Origin: Spirochaetia bacterium
GTDB lineage: Bacteria; Spirochaetota; Spirochaetia; SZUA-6; Bin103
NCBI GenBank assembly: GCA_965203905.1
Contig: CBDBDQ010000005.1
Location: forward strand, 5,408,001-5,472,000
Direction of reading: 5' to 3'
DNA: 64,000 nucleotides
The position numbers were made by a program, and so were the translations under genes. Of this stretch, positions 17,339-27,337 are shown piece after piece (position 1 is the stretch's first letter; the number at the start of each line of letters is the position of its first letter). Under the pieces are notes generated by a model. That model made no database searches. It worked only from the letters and a program-made list of their open reading frames with translations, and was not told the origin of the DNA.

Positions 17339-19285
17339 CTAAATCTCCACCCCAATCCAGAATCCACTCTGGGTAGCCTCGAAGATCATGCCGGGATCGA
17401 GCGCACTGCCGATCACATGAACCGATGCTCCGCGTTGCTCGAATTCCCGTTGAAGTTGCCGGCTGGAGCGGGCACTGAAGGCACCTGATACCACCACGGT
17501 GTCACATTCCATGGTCTCCATACCGGTCGAAGTTTGGCCACTTACGTGGTCGACTCCGATGCCGACTACCTCCCAATTTGGGAGAACATTGATACCTCTT
17601 TGTTGGATCATGGATGCCGTATAGAGCCTCAAGAACTCATTGAGGTCATAGCCTGCGTCGGCCTCCGCATCTACCACGGTAATCTGTCTGTCCGGGGTCT
17701 GTGACAGGAACAGTGCGGTATCGATGCCGACTCCGTTGGCACCGATGACGACAATCCTGGTGCCGATGTCGCCGCTCTTTCCGGTCAGTAGATCGACCGC
17801 CGAAATGACCCGTTCCGAACCGGGAAAATCCGGGCGATCGGGTTTCGCACCGATGGCCAGCACTACCACGTCCGGCTGCACCGGGCGATCTTCCGGTGTA
17901 GTGACCTCAGAATTCAGCTCGACAGTCACCCCGTGCTTGTTCAGCATGGTCTCGAAGTAGGCGATCAACGCGCGCATCTCGGCCGCCTTTTCGGCGACTG
18001 CGGCGGCTGCCAGGAGTTGCCCGCCGAGGCGCCCATCGCGTTCCACCAGGGTCACATGGTGGCCTCGCATGGCCGCGGTGAGGGCACATTGCATGCCCGC
18101 CGGTCCGCCGCCTACGACGAGGACATTGCGGCTTCGTGCGGCGGCCCTGACCGGCTCCAGGTACTCGTTGGAAAGCTGCGGGTTCACCACGCAACGAAGC
18201 TGCCAGCCGCGCTCCATCATGCCGATGCAGTCGTTGCAGGCGATACAGGGAATGATCTCTTCCCGGGCTCCTTCGTAGTACTTCTTCGGGAGGTAGGGAT
18301 CGGCCAACAACGAACGCCCCATCGAGACCAGGTCGACGCGTCCGTCGGTCACCGCCTGTGCCGCGTACTCGAGGTCCCACCCCAACCGGCTGATGCCGAT
18401 CACCGGCCTGTCGGATTCTCGTTTCACCGCCGTCGCCAGTGGCAGCAGGGCGCCCGGCGCCTGTCCGTACAGCGAGTAGATCGCCTCGATGCTGTCGTAG
18501 ATCCCGGCCGACACGTCGAAGCAGTCGACTCCGGCCTGTTCGAGCATCGCGACCAGCTGCAGGGTATCCTCGAGGGTCGTTCCGCCCGGGATCCGCTCCT
18601 CGGCGCTCATCCGGTACAGGATCGGGAAATCGTCGCCGACTTCCCTGCGAATACGCCGCACCACCTCCACCGGAAAGCGGGCGCGGTTGGCCACGCTGCC
18701 ACCCCATTGGTCGGTGCGGCGGTTGCAATGTGGGGAGAAGAACTGGGTCAGCAGATAGCCGTGGGCGCCGTGCAGCTCGACCCCGTCGAAGCCCGCTTCG
18801 CGGGTCCGTCGCGCCCCCTCCACGAACATCTGGATGATTGCTTCGATCTCCTCCTCCTGCAAGGCCCGCGGCAGGTCCCCGCCGCGACTCGACTGCACGG
18901 CGGAGGGAGCCACCGGCTGCCGGCCTCCGGGAATATTGGAGCGCACGTTCTGGCGGCCGGTGTGCTGTAGCTGGGTCACGATCCTGGCGCCGTAACGGTG
19001 CACGGCCAACGGGATGTTGCTGAGCCCGGACCGACACATGTCGTCGTGGATGGAAACGGGATTGCCCATGGGACGGCCGTAGACCCAGTCGATACAGGTG
19101 TTCTCAAGCACGATCAGGCCGACGCCGCCGCGCGCCCGCTCCGCCAGATAAGAAATCAAGCGGTCGGTCACTTCGCCCGATTCGCTGGCGAACTTGGTGT
19201 GCATCGGCGCCATGACGAGGCGGTTCTTCAACTCCAGTCCGTTCAGCCGGACGGGTTCATAGAGAATTGACAACTGTTCATCCAT
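17339..19285 (-). CDS. NADH:flavin oxidoreductase (OYE/2,4-dienoyl-CoA reductase-like, Fe-S)
   Basis: NRLVMAPM, ELHGAHGYLL, CIACNDC...CVVNP, VVGGGPAG. Confidence 0.9.
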   Translation of the reverse strand: MDEQLSILYEPVRLNGLELKNRLVMAPMHTKFASESGEVTDRLISYLAERARGGVGLIVLENTCIDWVYGRPMGNPVSIHDDMCRSGLSNIPLAVHRYGARIVTQLQHTGRQNVRSNIPGGRQPVAPSAVQSSRGGDLPRALQEEEIEAIIQMFVEGARRTREAGFDGVELHGAHGYLLTQFFSPHCNRRTDQWGGSVANRARFPVEVVRRIRREVGDDFPILYRMSAEERIPGGTTLEDTLQLVAMLEQAGVDCFDVSAGIYDSIEAIYSLYGQAPGALLPLATAVKRESDRPVIGISRLGWDLEYAAQAVTDGRVDLVSMGRSLLADPYLPKKYYEGAREEIIPCIACNDCIGMMERGWQLRCVVNPQLSNEYLEPVRAAARSRNVLVVGGGPAGMQCALTAAMRGHHVTLVERDGRLGGQLLAAAAVAEKAAEMRALIAYFETMLNKHGVTVELNSEVTTPEDRPVQPDVVVLAIGAKPDRPDFPGSERVISAVDLLTGKSGDIGTRIVVIGANGVGIDTALFLSQTPDRQITVVDAEADAGYDLNEFLRLYTASMIQQRGINVLPNWEVVGIGVDHVSGQTSTGMETMECDTVVVSGAFSARSSRQLQREFEQRGASVHVIGSALDPGMIFEATQSGFWIGVEI

Positions 19286-19357
19286 CGCCCGCTCCCTGGT
19301 TGTCCACGACTGCGCCCTACTCACTCGGTCAAGGCGCCTGGTACCGTGACCCGGCAG

Positions 19358-19394
19358 AATGCACGTCGTTCCTGGATCATTGCATGATATTGAT
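19358..19394 (-). promoter_or_regulatory. Putative AraC-family operator, site 1
   Basis: Plus strand AATGCACGTCGTTCCTGGATCATTGCATGATATTGAT; the motif recurs upstream of 4 transcription units. Confidence 0.6.
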
Positions 19395-19479
19395 GGCGAG
19401 CATCCTGATCAATGCACCCGAACCGGTGGAACGGACGCGATCTGCATGATTTCTGAGAGGCTCGACCACCACGGCACCA

Positions 19480-20733
19480 CTATGCCTGCTTGCCCCTCGG
19501 TTTACTGACGAGCTTGCGCAACGCCGATCGCTCCGACACGATTGTTCCTGCAGTGATGTCCTGCTCGGTGATCCGCGCGAACAGAATCTCGCCGTCCTCG
19601 GCGCGGTTGCGATCGTACTGCACGTAGAGGTAGCCGTCTGGCGCCAGTGCCACGTCCGGATAGGAGATCACGTGCCGCTCATCGAGCAGAAATCCGGTGC
19701 GCCAAGTGGCACCGTCGTCATCCGAAAGATAGGCGGTGAGATGCGATCGCCGGTCGCTTCCGCGGTGAATCTCGGTACCGTGCTTGACCAGCAGCAGGCG
19801 CCCGGAATGCAGGCGGCGAATGTGGAACCTGCTCGAAGTGGAGCGGCGCCTGACCGGCCCGTGAAACCTGCTTGAGCGGCGCCTGACCGGCTCGCTTTCG
19901 CGTTGGCCTTGAGACCCAGGCGAGGTCAGGTGGCCGAAGCTGGAAGGCCTCGGCGCGCTCCACGTGCGACCGAAGTCGGTGGAGAAACTCTCTCCGATAC
20001 CGTACTTGGTGCGGGACAGCATCCAGATCACGTGGTCGCTTCTCTCGACTACCATGTGTTCGTTGAATTCGCTGTCGGGGAAGATCACACAGCCACGCCA
20101 GCCCCACGTGATTCCCTGGTCCGAGGAGGCGAACACGCTCGCTCCTCGAATCGGATCGAGCTCGTGAAAGCAGTGCCGAAACGGATCCGATACGTGCCAC
20201 CGTTCCCACAATGACACCGGCAGCATCCAATCACCGTTCGACAGCACGATCGGCTTGCTTATGGACGCTCCAACGCTCACGTAGGTGGGTTCTGACCATA
20301 CCGGTTGGTCGGCGTCCGGATTGTCGCACCGGATGTACCAGTTGCTCCCGCATCCATCGAACATCTCGAGTGTCTGCTGGAAAAAGAGCCACAGCCGGCC
20401 CGTCGGATCGGACCACAACATACCTACCCTCGTGCACCGCTCATAGGGCAGGTCTTCGCGGTGAGGATCGATGACGAAATCAGGTTCAGTCCAGTGTTCA
20501 CCGTCGTCGTCGCTGTGTGCGACCACCAGAAACGCGGCGGGGCTGTCGCCGCCGCCAACCCAGCAGGACCACAATCGTCCTCCCGAAGTCCGCTCAATGC
20601 CTTGCGTCATGCCGTAATCGAGATGATCGTAGTCATACTCCGGCAACGGCGAATGGTTGATCACCGGTAGCTCACGGTTCCGCTCCAGGAGCTGCTGGGT
20701 GACCATCGAAGTATCTTGCATGTTGTCCTCCAA
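19480..20733 (-). CDS. BNR/Asp-box sialidase-fold protein (paralog 2)
   Basis: Closely similar to 16117..17334 along its whole length; four Asp boxes; start could be 20721. Confidence 0.85.
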   Translation of the reverse strand: MEDNMQDTSMVTQQLLERNRELPVINHSPLPEYDYDHLDYGMTQGIERTSGGRLWSCWVGGGDSPAAFLVVAHSDDDGEHWTEPDFVIDPHREDLPYERCTRVGMLWSDPTGRLWLFFQQTLEMFDGCGSNWYIRCDNPDADQPVWSEPTYVSVGASISKPIVLSNGDWMLPVSLWERWHVSDPFRHCFHELDPIRGASVFASSDQGITWGWRGCVIFPDSEFNEHMVVERSDHVIWMLSRTKYGIGESFSTDFGRTWSAPRPSSFGHLTSPGSQGQRESEPVRRRSSRFHGPVRRRSTSSRFHIRRLHSGRLLLVKHGTEIHRGSDRRSHLTAYLSDDDGATWRTGFLLDERHVISYPDVALAPDGYLYVQYDRNRAEDGEILFARITEQDITAGTIVSERSALRKLVSKPRGKQA

Positions 20734-20800
20734 TCATGCCAGGATCACGCCGTAGGCATCGGCTCAAGCGAAATCATAGAGCAAACGCGGAAGCTTGCGC

Positions 20801-20837
20801 AACGCACCCCGTTCCCGGATCGTTGCAGTGAATTGAT
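20801..20837 (-). promoter_or_regulatory. Putative AraC-family operator, site 2
   Basis: Plus strand AACGCACCCCGTTCCCGGATCGTTGCAGTGAATTGAT. Confidence 0.6.
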
Positions 20838-20976
20838 ACGGCACATATCGCATCGATGGGACAGCCAAGGCCGCGGCCTCGGCGACGCGTCGCGGCAACG
20901 TGCCTGCGGTGGTTGCGAAGGCGGCCCGAATGTGCTACTAACGTCAAGGAGCGAGTAGAGACAAGAGGTTCGTGTC

Positions 20977-22200
20977 GTGCGAGTGGTCCAGTGTGAATTC
21001 CGCTGCAGTCCCAAGAGTACCGGCCAGTTCGACAATCTCGAAAGGCCGCACATTCAGAAGCCGGGCGAGTTCGGGGTCCACTACATCGTGGCGGAGGACG
21101 GAGTTTTCCGAATCAACGACTACCGGTTTCCACTGCGGCGTGATTCCGTGTTCGTGACGTTTCCGAATGACAGCTACTCGTTTCTGTTGTCCGGTCCCGA
21201 TATCTCCTTTGCCTACTACGTGCTGTCGTTCCAACTCGACGAGTCGGACCGCCTGGTGCGCGACCTGTTGCACGCCGACATTCACACCAGGCAGGCGTTC
21301 TACCCGAAACGCCACATGCGCCCGCTCTTCGACGAGGTGATCCAGCACCACGTAGGCGGATCCCCCTACCTCGGCGAAGCCGAAAAGCACCTCGTGATCG
21401 GCATCCTGTATTCGCTGCTTGACGTGCAGCAGGAACGGACCCCCACCGCCGTCGCCGTCGAGCATGTCGAGAAGGCGATCGAGTGGATGCACGAACACAT
21501 TCACGAACATGTCACGCTCAAGGACCTGTGCAGCAGACTGCACTTGACGGACGCCCACTTCATTCGCCTGTTTCGGAACAATCAGGGCATCTCGCCAATC
21601 AAGTACTTCCGGCGTCTGAAGATCGACGCGGCCGCCAATCTGTTGTTGGAGACCACCACGCCGATCTACCAGATTTCGGAGGTCTTCGCGTTCAACAGTC
21701 CGGCCCATTTCTGCCGCACCTTCAAGCAATACATGGGCATGAGTCCATCCCAATACCGCAATAGCGAGATACCCGATCCGAAGTCTCGAGAACGCACCTA
21801 CCAGCAACAACTCGAGGATGCTTACAACCTCCTGCAGACGGTCGTGGAGGAGTCTCCCGACCTGATCTTCTTCAAGGATGTCAATGGTGTCTATATGGGA
21901 TGTAACGCGGCCTTCTGCGGTTTTGTCGGACGCGTCAAGCACGACATCATCGGGCGCTCGGACTACGACATTCACCCACTCGACAAGGCCGAGTTCTTCG
22001 TCCGCCATGATATCCCGGTACTCCGCTACAATCGGGCGCTCAAGAATGAGGAGACGCTGGTATTCCCCGACGGCCGAGAGCGGCTCTATCAGGTCTACAA
22101 GGCTCCTTTCCACGATCCTCAGGGGCGCACCATCGGCCTCGTCGGGATCAGCCGCGACATCACCGACCTCAAGCGGATCGGCGAGTCGGCGCTTGCCTAG
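20977..22200 (+). CDS. AraC-family regulator with C-terminal PAS domain
   Basis: Central HTH_18 (HFIRLF...FNSPAHFCRTFKQYMGMSPSQYR) followed by PAS/PAC (PDLIFFKDVNGVYMGCN...KAPFHD...GLVGISRDITD). Confidence 0.85.
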   Translation: MRVVQCEFRCSPKSTGQFDNLERPHIQKPGEFGVHYIVAEDGVFRINDYRFPLRRDSVFVTFPNDSYSFLLSGPDISFAYYVLSFQLDESDRLVRDLLHADIHTRQAFYPKRHMRPLFDEVIQHHVGGSPYLGEAEKHLVIGILYSLLDVQQERTPTAVAVEHVEKAIEWMHEHIHEHVTLKDLCSRLHLTDAHFIRLFRNNQGISPIKYFRRLKIDAAANLLLETTTPIYQISEVFAFNSPAHFCRTFKQYMGMSPSQYRNSEIPDPKSRERTYQQQLEDAYNLLQTVVEESPDLIFFKDVNGVYMGCNAAFCGFVGRVKHDIIGRSDYDIHPLDKAEFFVRHDIPVLRYNRALKNEETLVFPDGRERLYQVYKAPFHDPQGRTIGLVGISRDITDLKRIGESALA

Positions 22201-22208
22201 CCCCTCGA

Positions 22209-22245
22209 ATCAATTCTGTACAACTATTACCTGATAATCTGCATT
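22209..22245 (+). promoter_or_regulatory. Putative AraC-family operator, site 3
   Basis: ATCAATTCTGTACAACTATTACCTGATAATCTGCATT, followed by an extended -10-like TGCTATCAC at about 22265-22273. Confidence 0.6.
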
Positions 22246-22332
22246 CCCGCGGTTTCCGGCGTGGTGCTATCACTGTGTCCAGCAGTTCCGGCGACGGTGG
22301 GCACTTGGTCGACCCACGAGGAGACATAGCAG

Positions 22333-23514
22333 ATGGCAAGTGAGCAGCTCAAGGTGGCCATTATCGGACTCGGATTCGGGACTCAGTTCATCCCCATTTA
22401 CCAACGCCATCCGGACGTTGCGATGCACGCGATATGCAGGCGCTCACGGGCGTCGCTGGAGGCGATTGGCGATGCCTTTGGCGTTCCCCGACGGTATTCT
22501 AGGTACGCCGACGTCCTGGCTGACCCGGAGGTCGACTTCGTCCACATCAACACGCCGATTCCGGAGCACGGCCCGATGTCCATCGCCGCACTGGAAGCCG
22601 GCAAGCATGTGCTTGCTACCGTTCCAATGGCGATCGATGTGGACCAATGTCTCAGGATTGTCGAGTTGGTGAAATCCACCGGACTCAAGTACATGATGGC
22701 GGAGACCGTGCTCTATTCGCGGGAGTATTTCTACGCCAAAGAGCTTCTGGATGCGGGCAAGCTTGGCGAACTTCAATTCCTGCAGGGCAGTCACCACCAG
22801 GATATGGACGGATGGCCGGACGCCTGGCCCGGCCTGCCGCCGATGTACTACGCTACGCATTGCATCAGCCCCTGCCTGGCGCTGGCCGGCGGTGAGGCCG
22901 AGTCCGTCTCGGGCTTCGGTTCGGGACGCATTCGCGACCATCTCGCGCGCCGTTACGGCTCACCGTTTGCGGTCGAGACCGCGCACATCAAGGTACACGA
23001 CTCGGACTTGACGGTGCGCGTATATCGATCGCTGTTCGATACCGCCCGCCAGTACCGTGAGAGCTTCGACGTGTTTGGCACCCTGCAGTCGCTCGAGTGG
23101 CCGCTGGTCGAAGGGGAAGGCCTCGTGCTGCATACCGCCAAGCGTCCCCAGCAGGAGACCACCGAGCGGGTCCACGCGCCCGACTACGCGGATCGCCTGC
23201 CCGTCGAAATCCGGCCCTTCACGACGAAGACATTTCTCGATCTCGAAGAGTATCAGCACCTTGCCGCCGCGGGTGCCGATCCCGACGGTACCCACACCCA
23301 CCTCGTGACCGATCCAGGTTCCCTGGAGGGACACGGCGGTTCGCATCCGCACCTGGTGCACGAGTTCGTGTCCGCGCTGGTGCATGATCGCGATCCGTTT
23401 CCGAACGCGATCCAGGCGGCGAACTACACCTGCGCCGGCCTGTTGGCACACCAGTCGGCACTCCAGGGCGGAGCACCGGTGTCATTACCTATCCCTTTAC
23501 TGACCCGATCATGA
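22333..23514 (+). CDS. Gfo/Idh/MocA family oxidoreductase
   Basis: IIGLGFG, AGKHVLATVP, MMAET, YATHC, GHGGSHPHLVHEF. Confidence 0.9.
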   Translation: MASEQLKVAIIGLGFGTQFIPIYQRHPDVAMHAICRRSRASLEAIGDAFGVPRRYSRYADVLADPEVDFVHINTPIPEHGPMSIAALEAGKHVLATVPMAIDVDQCLRIVELVKSTGLKYMMAETVLYSREYFYAKELLDAGKLGELQFLQGSHHQDMDGWPDAWPGLPPMYYATHCISPCLALAGGEAESVSGFGSGRIRDHLARRYGSPFAVETAHIKVHDSDLTVRVYRSLFDTARQYRESFDVFGTLQSLEWPLVEGEGLVLHTAKRPQQETTERVHAPDYADRLPVEIRPFTTKTFLDLEEYQHLAAAGADPDGTHTHLVTDPGSLEGHGGSHPHLVHEFVSALVHDRDPFPNAIQAANYTCAGLLAHQSALQGGAPVSLPIPLLTRS

Positions 23515-24403
23515 TACCCTTGACGAAGTGCCTCTGCAGAAACGGATAGATACACATGATCGGCACCACGGTAATCAGCATGGTAGCCATCTGCATGGTA
23601 AGGGATGAGGCTTCTTTCAGTGACTGCAGCTCGGCGTCGGTCATCTGCGCGTCCGTCTCCTGCATCACCGTGGTGGCGATGAACTGCTGCCGTATCAGGA
23701 TCTGGGCGAAGTAGTACGACAGCACCTCCAGGCTCTCGCTGTCCGTGTAGATCATCGTGTCGACCCACATGCTCCATTGAAACACGGCTACAAAGAGCAC
23801 TATGCAGGCGACCACCGGCTTGATCACCGGAAGCATGATGCGGAAATAGATAGTGATCTCGTTGGCGCCATCGACCAGCGCACTCTCCTCCAGCGCATCC
23901 GGGATCGACTTGAAATACGCGAGGAACACCAGCACGTAGAACATGTTGAACGCTTCCGGCAGGATATACACCAGGAAGTTGTCATACAGCCCCAGGTCTC
24001 TGATCACGATGAAGGTCGGGATCATGCCGCCGTTGAAATACATGGTGATCAGGCCCAGAATCGCGAACAGGCCCCGCAGACGCAACTTGCGATGCAGAAT
24101 CGCATAGGCAAACATCGACGTGATGAGCACCGAGACGAAAGCCCCGAGAACAGTTCTCAGGACACTGTTGCGAGCATACAGCAGGAAATTCTCATCCTGC
24201 AGCACGCGCACGTAGCTCCTTGTCGAAAACACCCGCGGCCACAGGTACACCACTCCTCGATTCATGATGTCCACGCCACTGCTGAAAGAGATGATCAAGC
24301 ACTGGTACAGCGGATAGATCATCAGAAGCGAAAACAGGACCAGCAGGATGGTATTGACCGTATCGAATCCGTGGTCCCGCAGGAACTGCCGTGCACCGCT
24401 CAA
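23489..24403 (-). CDS. Carbohydrate ABC transporter permease
   Basis: EAA loop LEESALVDGANE; FLQRHFVKGIMIGSVKG. Confidence 0.9.
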   Translation of the reverse strand: MSGARQFLRDHGFDTVNTILLVLFSLLMIYPLYQCLIISFSSGVDIMNRGVVYLWPRVFSTRSYVRVLQDENFLLYARNSVLRTVLGAFVSVLITSMFAYAILHRKLRLRGLFAILGLITMYFNGGMIPTFIVIRDLGLYDNFLVYILPEAFNMFYVLVFLAYFKSIPDALEESALVDGANEITIYFRIMLPVIKPVVACIVLFVAVFQWSMWVDTMIYTDSESLEVLSYYFAQILIRQQFIATTVMQETDAQMTDAELQSLKEASSLTMQMATMLITVVPIMCIYPFLQRHFVKGIMIGSVKG

Positions 24404-25329
24404 AAAAGACCTTCCTTGGTGAGCTTGCGGGAGGCGTAATTGGCGCTTACCACGAGGATCAACGAAACCATCGCAAAGATCAAGGTAACCGCGGTCGCGT
24501 AGGAAAAGCGTCCCATGCTGATCCCGACGCGCAGTATGTAGGTGGGAAGAATCTCGGACCGCGCCGCGTTCAGTGCATTCCGCAACAGGTAACTGAGATC
24601 GAAGTTGGCGCCGTTTACGATCCTTCCGACCTGTAGAATGAGCAGCAGTACCACCGTGGGCTTGATTCCCGGAAGGGATATACGCACCATCTTCTGGAAG
24701 CGGTTTGCGCCATCTATCGTGGCCGCCTCGTAGAGTTCAACCGGTATCGCGGTGAGTGCCGCGAGAAAGATAATGGAACTCCATCCGGTCTCCTTCCAGA
24801 TGTCGGTAAACACCACCACCCACCAGAACGCCTCGGCTCTGCCCAGGAACAGGTAGGGCTCCTGGAGGATGCCCAATCCGGTCAACACCTTGTTCACGAT
24901 GCCCCAGTTGGCCAGCGCGATGCTGAGCATCAACGCCACTACCGAGTACGCAATGAAATGCGGCATATAGCTGATCGTCTGAACTGTCCGCCGAAATTGG
25001 TTGTTGCGAACTTCGTTGAGCATCAGAGCCAGTACGATAGGCAGAGGAAACCCCAATACCAGCTTGAGTATGCTGATGCCGAGGGTATTGACAATTGCTG
25101 GGACCACGGTGATGTCCTGGAACAGATACTGGAACTGTTTCAGTCCCGCCCAAGGACTGCCCCACGTGCCGAGTCGAAAGCTGAAGTCCTTGAAGGCGAT
25201 CTGGAGCCCCAGGATTGGCAGATACCGGAATACGATCATTATCACCAAGGCGGGCAGCAGCAGCGCCAGCAGATAGCGCTGACGCCAGAGGTCTTTGCGA
25301 AGGGTGCCGAGGTATGCTCTCATTGCCAC
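24400..25329 (-). CDS. Carbohydrate ABC transporter permease (LplB-like)
   Basis: LYEAATIDGANR; WKETGWSSII. Confidence 0.9.
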   Translation of the reverse strand: MAMRAYLGTLRKDLWRQRYLLALLLPALVIMIVFRYLPILGLQIAFKDFSFRLGTWGSPWAGLKQFQYLFQDITVVPAIVNTLGISILKLVLGFPLPIVLALMLNEVRNNQFRRTVQTISYMPHFIAYSVVALMLSIALANWGIVNKVLTGLGILQEPYLFLGRAEAFWWVVVFTDIWKETGWSSIIFLAALTAIPVELYEAATIDGANRFQKMVRISLPGIKPTVVLLLILQVGRIVNGANFDLSYLLRNALNAARSEILPTYILRVGISMGRFSYATAVTLIFAMVSLILVVSANYASRKLTKEGLF

Positions 25330-25408
25330 TCCTCAAAGCAACGACCACCGTGAGCGGCTTGGCGAGCGGTTGCCGCTCCTGCCTGGGGGTTGCTGTGCGG
25401 GAAAGCAT

Positions 25409-25449
25409 AAAAAACAGGACGTACCATGTCAAACACGGTACGTCCTGTT
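25409..25449 (-). terminator. Intra-operon terminator or stabilising hairpin after the SBP gene
   Basis: AACAGGACGTACC/GGTACGTCCTGTT stem followed by a T-run on the minus strand. Confidence 0.8.
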
Positions 25450-25476
25450 CGAGCTTACTTGAGGGTTGTCAACGAC

Positions 25477-27273
25477 CTACTGTGCCTTCCAGCGATCGTT
25501 GCGGGTTTCCCCGAGAAGGTTCTCGTAGTAGCGGTAGCGCTCCGTCATCAGGACCTCCAGGTCCTTGAGTCCGGTCCGCTCCATGTCTCGAATCAGCTTT
25601 TCATAGGCGGCCTCGAATTCGGCCTCGCTATCGGCCAGCACCAGGTTCACCTCGCCGTCCTGCCACACTTGCATGACGTTGTCAAACAACAGCTTCGCTT
25701 CCTTCTCGCGGAAGTTTCCGGTCAGGATCGCGGTCTTGAACGGGGTAGCATAGTTGTACGCGATCCTGGGTGTGGAGAGGCCGAGTATCTGGTTGACGCC
25801 ACCAATGTTCTCTACCCCGTGCAGGGGGCGGTAGGCGAACGACTGCACGTATCTTGGCCGGTAAGCGAAGTTGAGGTTGCCGGTGCCGTACTTCTGGAGG
25901 CGCTCCAGATCGGTGAAATCCTGAAGGTCTTTGGCGTACTCGTCGGTCTTGGTGATGAAGCCACCCTCGGGGTCATAGGTGAAGTCCTCATACCACGCCT
26001 GGGGAGAGGCCGCGGCTGCGTCGTCGCCCTGGAAGCCATGAAAGAACAGCAACTGAATCTCGTTGCTGGTGACGGTCATGAGGAACTCCAGCGCGCGCAG
26101 TGGATCGTCCGCATCCTTGGTAATGTACCAGCCACCCTGGCTTCCTATGTTGGACCAGTTGAAGTCGTCGATCAGGAGCATGTCACGGGTGACTCCCTCG
26201 CCCAGCACGATATCCTGACCCCACCACAGAAAGCGGTCGGTGATGTCGGGGATTTCGGGAATCCGTCGATGCCGCCAGATTGACCCTTCTTCGCCGATAA
26301 TGAAGGCGATCTCGCCATCCAGCGCGAGCCGCTTCACGTTCTGATCGGAGAGCGACCGGGTGAAGGTGAAGTTTTCCGGGTGAATGAGCCCGGAACGATA
26401 CAGATCATTGATGAAGGCGGCCGCCTTCTTGTATTCCTCAGAGCGCACGTTGAAGGAGACCGTGTCGTAGTCCGGAGTACCGTCGGGCAACGGATATACG
26501 ATGCTTGGACCGGCGAAGCTGGCCACGATTACCTGCATGTAGGTAAGCTGGAACCGCGATACGGTCATGTTCTTGTATTCCATCAGGTACACGGGGTACT
26601 CGACGAGGTCCTTGGCCTGCAGCGCCAGTTCCTTGAAATCGTCCAACGTCTGGATCACCGACTGGCCTTTTCTGATGCCGTTGATCACCTGGTCTTCGGT
26701 GTATCCCAACTGCTTCATTACATTCATGTTGGCATGAATGATGTGATTGCCGGCCAGCTTGGCGCCGTAGGGTAGCTTGGCGAGCATTTCGACATCGGCG
26801 TAGGCGGCGTTTATGTAGTAGATGTCGCCGGCTGGATCGGCGTGAATCTTCTCGTAGTCGGTATGCAGCATGTCCCAGAACTCGGGAAATCCCTCATCCG
26901 CGATCTTGTTCAACGGCAGGAACACGCCTTCCTCGATGAGAGCCGGATCGTAATCCATGAACACCATGAAATCAGGCAACTCGCGACCGGAAGCCAACAT
27001 CGTATAGAATTCCTGGTTGTCGCGCGTGGTAGCATACTCGATGTCCAGTGAGACACCGGTGCGCTCGGTCACGAGCTGCGACACCGGGTCCATTCCCCAC
27101 TCCCAGCCGGGATGACGGTCGGGCAGTGACATGAACACCGACATCGTGACAGGACCGTCCGCGGCACCGGGCTCGGCGGCCTCTTCCTCGGCACCGGCAA
27201 ATAGTAGGAGCGGGGCCGAGATCAGGAAGCAGAGCGCGGCCGCGAGGGCCAGCACGGATTTTCCTCTTTTCAT
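25477..27273 (-). CDS. Extracellular solute-binding protein (carbohydrate, LplA-like)
   Basis: Signal peptide followed by FAGAEEE; ERTGVSL, MLASGRELPD; upstream of two permeases. Confidence 0.85.
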   Translation of the reverse strand: MKRGKSVLALAAALCFLISAPLLLFAGAEEEAAEPGAADGPVTMSVFMSLPDRHPGWEWGMDPVSQLVTERTGVSLDIEYATTRDNQEFYTMLASGRELPDFMVFMDYDPALIEEGVFLPLNKIADEGFPEFWDMLHTDYEKIHADPAGDIYYINAAYADVEMLAKLPYGAKLAGNHIIHANMNVMKQLGYTEDQVINGIRKGQSVIQTLDDFKELALQAKDLVEYPVYLMEYKNMTVSRFQLTYMQVIVASFAGPSIVYPLPDGTPDYDTVSFNVRSEEYKKAAAFINDLYRSGLIHPENFTFTRSLSDQNVKRLALDGEIAFIIGEEGSIWRHRRIPEIPDITDRFLWWGQDIVLGEGVTRDMLLIDDFNWSNIGSQGGWYITKDADDPLRALEFLMTVTSNEIQLLFFHGFQGDDAAAASPQAWYEDFTYDPEGGFITKTDEYAKDLQDFTDLERLQKYGTGNLNFAYRPRYVQSFAYRPLHGVENIGGVNQILGLSTPRIAYNYATPFKTAILTGNFREKEAKLLFDNVMQVWQDGEVNLVLADSEAEFEAAYEKLIRDMERTGLKDLEVLMTERYRYYENLLGETRNDRWKAQ

Positions 27274-27337
27274 TTCACACCTCCACGGCAGATAGGGTTA
27301 TACATGATGCAGCGTAACCCCGGCGAAACAGGAGCGG

